NCBI GenBank assembly: GCA_964187785.1
Contig: OZ076409.1
Location: forward strand, 73,720,001-73,784,000
Source of the DNA: Amphiscolops sp. MND2022
Lineage: Eukaryota
DNA: 64,000 nt
Direction: 5' to 3'
In this document: positions 55,391 to 64,000 of the stretch, piece by piece
How the letters are laid out: every line of letters begins with the position of its first letter
Numbering within the stretch: position 1 is the first letter of the stretch
Made by a program: the position numbers and the translations under genes
The notes under the pieces: generated by a model
The model's input: only the letters and a program-made list of their open reading frames with translations
Database searches by the model: none
Told to the model about the DNA's origin: nothing

Positions 55391-56672
55391 GTGCCGAAAT
55401 CCATTGATTTGCCAAACACTTCGAGGGCGGGGTAGGGCCCCCAGCCCGAGTCAAAAGTCGAAGACAAACAACTTAAGGCGATTGCTGGGATCTCCTATCG
55501 ATTTTCTAAACGAGCCGTCAGATTTGGCTGAAATTTTGCATACGGCTTCCTATAACAATCCTAAGAACTAATCCCTACTGGCGTTTTGCCCGGAAAATTC
55601 AAAAAGTGGGTCAAAATCTTAGTTTTTTGGTCAAAAAATGGCGTTTTTTTGGAAAAAATTTTTTTAAGAGCCCATATCTCGCTCCCAGGTGCCCGTAGCG
55701 ACCAGACCTCGGACGGTACTATTGCTGGGCACTTCGTAAGGAGTCCGTAGACAAATTTTCGTACAGATCGGATAAAAAATGACTGAGTAATAGCCGTCAT
55801 TGGGACGCATTTTTTCGACTTTTTTCGAAAACCTAGTCTATCTCTGCCGTTTTTTGCCCAGATTTTTTTCCAGGACCTCTCCTAAAGGCCTCCCCTGGCC
55901 GGTTTACCTCCCAGAAAAACCATTTGGCCCTTTTGCCGCAGTTTCAGCGTTCCAGGATTCCTTGAGTAAAAGTAAAATGACTTAGAATTTTTTCGAAAAA
56001 TTTTCAAAATTTTTTTTTCAACTTCAGACCTCCCAAAGTCAGGAAACTTCCATACAACTAGTATTGCAAGTGAATGCATGTGGAAAGTGCTCGAATAGAC
56101 GAGAAAAATGAGCTATTATAAAGCTCTGTAGCTTAACTTGACGTTGACTTATGACAATTTTAGTGTGAGCTTGCTATGTGAGAAAAAATTTCAAAAATTG
56201 AAAATCGAAGCTAAGTCTCATCCAAAACTCATCGGAATACGTTCAATCCATCCCAAAGCGGTTTATTTCCAGCTATATAGTGCAGCAACACCAGTCAAGA
56301 CCTTTTGACCCATTTATATTAGTTTTGACACCGTCTTATCCGTTTGAAAGTTCGAAACAGTTAAGTACATTCCATCTCCCCTCCGTGGGAGATGGTAATG
56401 TACTCGCAAAAAGCCAAGTACTACCGCCCTATTCTACCCGGAGTGGTGCTAGCAATGCAGTAGCGTGAGCTCCAGGTTGTTTGCAGTAGCCTTTACGGGT
56501 GTTGTGACTATGCATTACAAGTCTAACTATGTTACTGAACGTGAAAAAATTGTTTCACTCCAAAATTTTTTTTCTACTATTTTATGTCATCAATTAAGAT
56601 ATATCCATCCATTTACTACTACCTACCCCATCACCCGCCCCCTCCACTATCTGTTCAACCGTACACGTCTAG
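55391..56672 (+). mobile_element. Non-autonomous unit, 1282 bp
   Basis: Head shared with 17316 and 59246; tail gttcaaccgtacacgtCTAG. Confidence 0.85.
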
Positions 56673-57963
56673 GTGCCAATCCCCCCGGGATGCCACAGCT
56701 TCGAGGGCGGGGTAGGGCCCCCTGCCCGAGTCCAATACCAACGGCGCTAAACTTCGCGCCAGAAACGTAAGGCGATATAGGATTCTAGAGGCGATCTCGA
56801 AAACGGCCCTATAGAATTGGCTCAAAATTTGCATACGGCTTCCTCTAGCGATTCTAAGAACTTTTCCCTACTACCGTTTTGCCCAAAAAAATTTTTTTGT
56901 TGACTTATAGACAATTTTAGGTGCCGAAAATGGCGTTTTTTCGAAAAATTTTTTTTCAAGAGCCCATATCTCGCTCCCAGGTGCTCGGAGCGGGTCGCAT
57001 GTGGACGTCGATATTGCTAGGCACTTCGTAAGGAGTCCGTAGACAAATTTTCGTTCCGATCGGATAAAAATTGATGGAGTAACAGCCGGAATTCTGACGA
57101 ATTTTTTCGCAAATTTTCGAAAACCTAGTCTATCTCTGCCGTTTTTTGCCCAGATTTTTTTCCAGGACCTCTCCTAAAGACCTCCCCTGGCCGGTTTACC
57201 TCCCAGAAAAACCATTTGGCCCTTTTGCCGCAGTTTCAGCGTTCCAGGATTCCTTGAGTAAAGTAAAATGACTTAGAATTTATTCGAAAAATTTTCAAAA
57301 AATTTTTTTTTCAACTTCAGGCCTCCCAAAGTCAGGAAACTTCCACACAACTAGTATTGCAAGTGAATGCATGTGGAAAGTGCTCGAATAGACGAGGAAA
57401 ATGAGCTATTATAAACCTCTGTAGCTCAACCTGACGTTGACTTATGACAATTTTAGTGTGAGCTTGCTATGTGAGAAAAAAATTCGAAAATTGAAAATTG
57501 AAGCTAAGTCTCATCCAAAACTCATCGGAATACTTTCAATCCATCCCAAAGCGGTTTATTTCCAGCTATATAGTGCAGCAACATCATTCAAGACCTTTTG
57601 ATCCATTTATATTAGTTTTGACACCGTCTTATCCGTTTGAAAGTTCGAAACAGTTAAGTACATTCCATCTCCCCTCCGTGGGAGATGGTAATGTACTCGC
57701 AAAAAGCCAGGTATAACCGCCCTATTCTACCCGTAGTGGTGCTAGAAGAGCAGTAGCGTGAGCTCCAGGTTTGCAGTAGTCTTTATGTGTTATAATTATA
57801 TTTTTCATAGCTAAAAATCTTACTAAACGTGATAAAAAAAATTACATCACTCAAAATTTTTTCAAATATTATTATATGTCCCCAATTGACGCACGTCAAC
57901 TATTTCACTACAACCACCCTACCACCCGGCCCCTCGTATCTTTGTTCAACCGTACACGTCTAG
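56673..57963 (+). mobile_element. Non-autonomous unit, 1291 bp
   Basis: Head shared with 54097; tail gttcaaccgtacacgtCTAG. Confidence 0.85.
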
Positions 57964-59245
57964 GTGGCCGTGTCTTTTCGACGTGCTTTTGCATCGAGGA
58001 GTGGGTAGGGCCCCGCGACGACCTAAAAGAATTGGATGCTCACCGAAACGTGCAGAATTCTACGAGATCTCATAGTTTGAGCCATACGATTTTTCTAAAA
58101 CTTGGCATGTGGCCTGGAATTGGTGAGTAGGTAAAACGTGTAGGAGGTAATTTTTCCCAAATTCCATTGTGAGAGGAGATATGGGCAAATAACGGACCCA
58201 AAAATGGGGAAAATGCACTTTTTTCAAGTTTGTCAGCCAATATCTCATTTCCACGTGCCCGTAGCGTTCCGCACGTGGACATCAATATTGCTCAACGTTG
58301 TTGGAGGAGTGCGTGGACAAATTTTGGTTTAAATCGGACTTAAACTTGACGAGAAATTAACGGTTTTTTGGGCGTTTCCGGGGTAAATTTTTTAACGGTC
58401 CAGCTTATCTCTGCCATTTTTTCGAAAATGTACATGCCTAAAGGCCTCCCCCTGGCCGAATTTACTCCCAGCAAACCCATTTGGCCCTAAATACGGAGTT
58501 TCAGCGTTCCAGCATTCCGGGGCGGAAAGTTGTGGGACTTGGAAAAATTTCAAAATTTTTTCAAAAATTTTTTTTCCCGTTTTCCGGGCCCCCAATGAAG
58601 GGGAACGACCCCCCAACCAGTATTTTGAGTGAATTCATGTGGAACGCCCATGTTTGGAGGAGAAAAATGCCGTTTAGCACATCTTTTTATCTTAACTTGA
58701 CATTGACTTATGACGTTTTGAATGTGATGTTAGGATATATGAAGCATGTTAAAAGTTGAAGTTTTGAGTCTTTATCTCATCGGAAAACCATTGAGATACA
58801 AGCAGTTTTGCTAAAAACGATTTTCATTGTAGGTTAGCACAGTATTAGTACACTTTGATGTCATTTGAGTATTTTTTTCTTCTATATAATAACTGTTTTT
58901 ATGTATTTATTCCAATTTATCTCATCTTTTAACATCAAGCAGTTGAGTACATTTCATCTCCCTTTCGGGGGAGATGAGAATGTACTCGCTAAAAACCTAA
59001 TGCTATGGCGCCAATGTTTGGATGGGAAGTTTTCTATGCTTTGAAAAAAGTTATTTTTAATTACTTGATTTTTTAAAACAATAATTAACATGAAGTACAT
59101 TACTTGCTCCTACTACTACCACCATACATCTCTAACGTCAACGCCCCCTGCTTGCATCAACGCCCCATCGTCCGTGGGCATGCCGAGGCATGCCCTTCGA
59201 CGACGTATGCCAAATGCCCAGTGCCACGCAGTCTTTCCCCGCTAG
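57964..59245 (+). mobile_element. Non-autonomous unit, 1282 bp
   Basis: Related to unit 1-1238 in its 5' part; hairpin 58945-58987; tail palindrome ~59176. Confidence 0.85.
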
Positions 59246-60137
59246 GTGCCGAAACCTAATGGTTTGCCAAACACTTCGAGGGCGGGGTAGGGCCCCCAGC
59301 CCGAGTCAAAAGTCGAAGACAAACAACTTAAGGCGATTGCTGGGATCTCCTATCGATTTTCTAAACGAGCCGTCAGATTTGGCTGAAATTTTGCATACGG
59401 CTTCCTATAACAATCCTAAGAACTAATCCCTACTGGCGTTTTGCCCGGAAAATTCAAAAAGTGGGTCAAAATCTTAGTTTTTTGGTCAAAAAATGGCGTT
59501 TTTTTGGAAAAAAAATTTTCAAGAGCCCATATCTCGCCCCCACGTGCTCGTAGCGACCAGACCTCGGACGGTACTATTGCTGGGCACTTCGTAAGGAGTC
59601 CGTAGACAAATTTTTGTCCAGATCGGATAAAAATTGATAGAGTAATAGCCGCCGATTTGGCGAATTTTTTCGACATTTTTCGAAATCCCAGTCTATCTCT
59701 GCCGTTTTTTGCCCAGATTTTTTTCCAGGACCTCTCCTAAAGGCCTCCCCTGGCCGGTTTAGCTCCCAGAAAAACCATTTGGCCCTTTTGCCGCAGTTTC
59801 AGCGTTCCAGGATTTCTTGAGTAAAAGTAAAATGACTTAGAATTTTTTCGAAAATTTTTCAAAATTTCTTTTTCAACTTCAGGCCTCCCAAAGTCAAGAA
59901 ACTTCCACACAACTAGTATTGCAAGTGAATGCATGTGGAAAGTGCTTGAATAGACGAGAAAAATGAGCTATTATAAAACTTTCTACCTTAACCTGACGTT
60001 GACTTATGACAATTTGAGTATAGGTAGGTTTTAAATTAGTGGTGTTCCTAACTAATTTTTTTCTTTTTTTCCAGGTGTCGGAGATGGCTTTTTCTGCATA
60101 CAGGTAGTATTCGGTAACAGGTTACGTCCGGTAAGTA

Positions 60138-60442
60138 TCTTATGGGTTGACCAGACGCCCCAGTAGGTCTGGCACGCTTTTCGGCACCGCGTTTCCTGAA
60201 GCCGCTGAGATAGGTAGGTTGTTTTTTGTAAAAATCCACTCGAAAAATTTTCCTTATGGGTTGACCAGACGCCCCAGTAGGTCTGGCACGCTTTTCGGCA
60301 CCGCGTTTCCTGAAGCCGCTGTGATAGGTAGGTTGTTTTTTGTAAAAATTTACTCGAAAATTTTTCTTATGGGTTGACCAGACGCCCCAGTTGGTCTGGC
60401 ACGCTTTTCGGCACCGCGTTTCCTGAAGCCGCTGAGATAGGT
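60138..60442 (+). repeat. 113-bp tandem repeat, ~2.7 copies
   Basis: Same repeat as 2129-2432. Confidence 0.9.
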
Positions 60443-61155
60443 AAGTTTAAATTCCTTTAATACTCTGCGCCTTATTTTTTTGTCCTAAGTTTTTTTTAGG
60501 ATTTTCAGGATTAGGTTTCTTAGGCTTACTTTCTTAGGTTTTTAGGATTAGGTTACTTAGGCTCAGGTGTAATAACTAAGTAGGTAGGTTAGGTGTAGGT
60601 TGTAAACTAATAATAAGTGGGACTGTATTGACTAATATATTATCGTGTACTTCGTTCATCAACAGGGACAGCAACGACGAAGAAGAAGGAAGTTCATTGA
60701 CGCAATTTTTTACTGTTGATAAATCACAATTTATTTCATTAACACTATTATTTCATCTACTTAACATTTTATTTCTGTTAATTGAAAGCTTCAAAACCCA
60801 GTCTTTTATTAATCCATTACACATTCTTTCGACTATCATATTACTTCCGACATGATTCAAATTCGGTTTTGTTTTCTTTCTTTTTTTCCTACTTTTTTTC
60901 TGACTTTTGTTTTCATATAAATTTTGTCTTCGGTTTGAGAAATTCCCGGACTCCATCGATTGGAAATTCTTCTTTTGTTTTTCTTTGTCAAAAAACGCCT
61001 AAATTGCTCTTTTTCAATTGTCTTTAAATCGGAAAATAACATTTGTGCCTTATTCTAAATTTCTCGTCGGTTACTATTTTTCTACTCCTTATGCTATTAA
61101 ACAATATTTGTCAGCTCGTTGTATTCCAAAGTTATGTATTTTTCAGACCTTCGAA

Positions 61156-61722
61156 ATGACAACTTCCAAACTTGTAATAAATGGGCTCAAATTTGCGGCT
61201 GTGTTAAAAGATTCCACTAATAATTCGGTCATCGTAATAGGAGATTCTCTAATAAGAAATTTTGATATGGCGGAAATCGATAAAGTTTGTTTACCCGGTG
61301 GAAGATGTGAAGACTTCAAAGCCATTGTACAGTCAATGAATTATACGCGTCATCGAGTCGCTATCTTTATGTTTGGTGGCAACGACCTGGAAAGCAGGTT
61401 TAAGGGTAACATCTGGAGGCAGCGATTGTCTCCGCAAGCAATTTCACAAGAAATTATGGAAATGGCGTTCTACTTATCAAATCGAGAAGTTGCGGTATAC
61501 GTGGTCGGTGTACCTCACCGTGGGAATTCCTCTTTTGGAGGAATTAAAGAACTGAATTGTTTGCTATTCAACAACCGCGACCATGTTTATACCTATGTCG
61601 GGTTAGGCACTCAAATGTCCAAGGAGGCCGTTGTTGGCAATGACGGAGTACATTTAACAGAAGAGGGACTTAGTCGCCTGAAGACAATCTTTAAAAAAAA
61701 AATTCTTAATAATCTGAACTAG
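61156..61722 (+). CDS. SGNH/GDSL-family hydrolase, second copy
   Basis: Four amino-acid differences from 3145-3711; GDS, GND and DGVH motifs intact. Confidence 0.85.
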   Translation: MTTSKLVINGLKFAAVLKDSTNNSVIVIGDSLIRNFDMAEIDKVCLPGGRCEDFKAIVQSMNYTRHRVAIFMFGGNDLESRFKGNIWRQRLSPQAISQEIMEMAFYLSNREVAVYVVGVPHRGNSSFGGIKELNCLLFNNRDHVYTYVGLGTQMSKEAVVGNDGVHLTEEGLSRLKTIFKKKILNNLN

Positions 61723-61910
61723 AGCAACGCTTGGTTGTTTTTTATTTCTATTGTTTGCTTTTTACTTTTGGTCCTTGTTTGATTGGATTGCTTGTTTTAA
61801 AAAGCTGTTTGTTTGGCCTTATATGCCTCTTTGCATTTGAGTTTAATTGAACTGTTTCTTTTTTTGTTCTTTTTATTTTTTTTAATCGTTACATCGTCTT
61901 TCATTTTCAT

Positions 61911-62392
61911 CACTGATCGACGGAAAGCGTGGTCAGTGATTAGGGTTTTTAAACAATTTAAGGTAGAAGTGTCATCACTGATCGACGGAAAGCGTGGTCA
62001 GTGATTAGGATTTTTAAACAATTTAAGGTAGAAGTGTCATCACTGATCGACGAAAAGCGTGGTCAGTGTTTTGGATTTTTAAACAATTTAAGGTAGAAGT
62101 GTCATCACTGATCGACGAAAAGCGTGGTCAGTGTTTAGGATTTTTAAACAAATTAAGGTAGAAGTGTCATCACTGATCGACGGAAAGCGTGGTCAGTGTT
62201 TTGGATTTTTAAAAAATTTAAGGTAGAAGTGTCATCACTGATCGACGAAAAGCGTGGTCAGTGTTTAGGATTTTTAAACAAATTAAGGTAGAAGTGTCAT
62301 CACTGATCGACGAAAAGCGTGGTCAGTGTTTAGGACTTTTAAACAAATTAAGGTAGAAGTGTCATCAGTTGTCGACGTGAAACGTGGTTCTA
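61911..62392 (+). repeat. 65-bp minisatellite, 7 copies plus a degenerate one
   Basis: cactgatcgacg starts every 65 bp from 61911 to 62301. Confidence 0.95.
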
Positions 62393-62640
62393 CATACAGG
62401 TAATATTTTGTAGTAGGTAAAACAGGTAATCCTCGGTAAATATGCGGGCAAAGGTGAAAATAAAGTGCAACCGTGTTTCCAGTAGTACGCAATCTTTGTT
62501 ATGTGTCAAAAATGGTGACTTTTTCTGATGATGTCTAACAGGATCAGCGTTTTTCCAGATTTGATTTGAATTGCTTTGATCTGCTTTGCCAACATTAACT
62601 TGTTTTGCTTGGCTATCAAAGAGGCTAAAAGTCCACCACA

Positions 62641-64000
62641 ATGCCTCGTGGTAGAGGGAGAGGAAGGAGCAGAAGCAACCAGAGAAGATGTCATGTTCAT
62701 AACACTTTTCTTGGAAGCGATGGTATATGTGTAAGGTGCCAGGAGCTGTCGCAGCAGCATGAAGGCGGAGATAGAGTTGTCGAAGATACCAATCCCCCAG
62801 TTCCCCCAGATGCCCCCAACGACGTAGAGACGACAAGTGTGGAGAGAGTAGACGTAGAGATGTGCGCAAAATGTTGCCGAACCAGTACAGACATTTACAG
62901 ACTTGACTTCCAATCTATTCATACTTACTCTTTACATACCACTATGTTCGGAAAACCTACTTCGGAGATACTAGACGAAACTGTGACACTGTGTCAACAC
63001 TGCGCTCGGTACAACGACAATCCCAACCGACACAAGGATTGGTCAAACGCTTGGCCCAGTGTTATGTATACGTTACTTTTTGAAACACATAGGTTTAGTT
63101 CGAATACTGAAAAACTGTTTAAATTACTTCCACATGAAATTAGGACTTCTTACATGCAACACTTAAATAATGTTTATCCTGCTTTTACTTTAAACAATCA
63201 CGATTCAGTTTTCAGAGATATAACTAGGGAGAAAGATGACTTTTTAACGTTAATCAACACTCGAACTGCTAAAAATTTAGTCACCGCTTTGAATAAGTAT
63301 TGTTTCCCCAACATCAGGTGCCCTGCTGGATGTTTCGAGTTTATTGAAAAAACAGAAGGTATCTCTTTTGCACATTTTTTGAACTATCTGTACCCCTTGT
63401 TTACGAGTTTTAAGGCTGACAGTAAAAAATTTTTGAAAGGTGCGAGAGAAGACTTTTTGAAACCATTGGAATTACTTGAAAAATTCAAAATCTCTCCTTG
63501 TTTGATCGTTAGTGAAAAAGGTTTGCAATTGGTAACGTGCTCGGATCATAAAAATGGAGTACTCCTCAAATATGTTCACGTTCCAACAAACCCAGTGGCT
63601 ACTAACATTTCGCCCAAGTTTTCCGATAGGTTAGCTTTAATGGTATCCAGTGTTCGCACAGTAAGGCCTTTGAAAATAGGAGTGAAAAGTGCCACATTCA
63701 CGATGTGCCGTGTTGACAGTGGACGCATTAGTGGCGTAAGTTCTACGGTATTGCATCATTTCAGGAACTTTGAAGCACCTTACAATGTACGTAGGATTGA
63801 CGTGGAAAAATTGATCTTTAACTGTAGGTCTGATGTGAAGGATTTAATTCGAACATGTTGTCAAAGGTTTGAAATTACTGAAAACATAGCCAATGAATTT
63901 TTGAGTTTTGAATGTCCAGTAGCACTGACAGCAATAGAAGAAAGTTGTAAGGACGCGACCGTTTTTAACATGAAAGCATTGATGAACATGAAAGACTATG
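62641..64000 (+). CDS. N-terminal part of a third Rep/helicase protein (runs off window; absent from the ORF track)
   Basis: Manual translation MPRGRGRGRSRSNQRRCHVHN..HKDWSNAWPSVMYTLLF..YCFPNIRCPAGCFEF..VHVPTNPV..FTMCRVDSGRISGVSSTVLH is colinear with the 4758 ORF; no stop codon seen. Confidence 0.85.
   Translation, partial: MPRGRGRGRSRSNQRRCHVHNTFLGSDGICVRCQELSQQHEGGDRVVEDTNPPVPPDAPNDVETTSVERVDVEMCAKCCRTSTDIYRLDFQSIHTYSLHTTMFGKPTSEILDETVTLCQHCARYNDNPNRHKDWSNAWPSVMYTLLFETHRFSSNTEKLFKLLPHEIRTSYMQHLNNVYPAFTLNNHDSVFRDITREKDDFLTLINTRTAKNLVTALNKYCFPNIRCPAGCFEFIEKTEGISFAHFLNYLYPLFTSFKADSKKFLKGAREDFLKPLELLEKFKISPCLIVSEKGLQLVTCSDHKNGVLLKYVHVPTNPVATNISPKFSDRLALMVSSVRTVRPLKIGVKSATFTMCRVDSGRISGVSSTVLHHFRNFEAPYNVRRIDVEKLIFNCRSDVKDLIRTCCQRFEITENIANEFLSFECPVALTAIEESCKDATVFNMKALMNMKDY

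Larger units (their letters stand above)
1..64000 (+). repeat. Head-to-tail array of 24 rolling-circle-element modules joined at CTAGGTG
   Basis: CTAGGTG begins at 1235, 16028, 17312, 30220, 32404, 34580, 35862, 37149, 38423, 39703, 40771, 41840, 46602, 47979, 50156, 51545, 54093, 55387, 56669, 57960, 59242; CTGGGTG at 52821. Similarity between related modules starts and stops at this core; no unique DNA seen between modules. Confidence 0.9.
59246..64000 (+). mobile_element. Element C: relative of element A, truncated by the window end
   Basis: Same order as A: head, 113-bp repeat, SGNH gene, 65-bp minisatellite, start of the Rep-helicase ORF. Confidence 0.9.

Noticed and set aside
30103..59934. 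Many short ORFs in the repeat units (MPRHALRRRM.., MPFDDV.., ESSKQLSTFHL..)
   Set aside because: They are translations of repeated cis motifs, with inconsistent frames, stops and starts between copies.
1..64000. Tandem RNA-gene cluster (5S, tRNA, snRNA, spliced leader) as the repeat unit or target
   Set aside because: No recognisable RNA-gene sequence by eye. An Infernal/Rfam scan would be needed to exclude a divergent one.
1..64000. Bacterial integron or IS91-type array
   Set aside because: No tyrosine recombinase or bacterial genes; the Rep+Pif1 fusion and splice signals point to a eukaryote. The cassette resemblance is only an analogy.

Overview
The whole 64-kb window is eukaryotic (probably invertebrate) repetitive DNA. 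It is one uninterrupted head-to-tail array of 24 same-orientation modules, joined at a conserved 7-bp core CTAGGTG (21 perfect junctions, one CTGGGTG, one deleted). Three modules are large Helitron-like elements. A (1239-16031) and B (~18185-30223) each encode an intact ~2350-aa protein with Cys-rich N-terminus, HUH Rep, Pif1-type helicase and an unusual C-terminal GIY-YIG nuclease. C (59246 to window end) is a relative of A cut off by the window edge. A and C also carry an SGNH esterase gene, and A has a 322-aa ORF of unknown function (possibly OB-fold). The other 21 modules are non-coding, non-autonomous units of several families (about 1.07, 1.28, 1.38, 2.18 and 4.76 kb) with positionally conserved, covarying hairpins around each junction. 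Heads and tails are shuffled exactly at CTAGGTG, suggesting a self-targeting rolling-circle element system that builds cassette-like arrays. No host genes, rRNA, tRNA or CRISPR were recognised. Coordinates and similarities were read by eye, and family assignments rest on motif recognition, not database searches.
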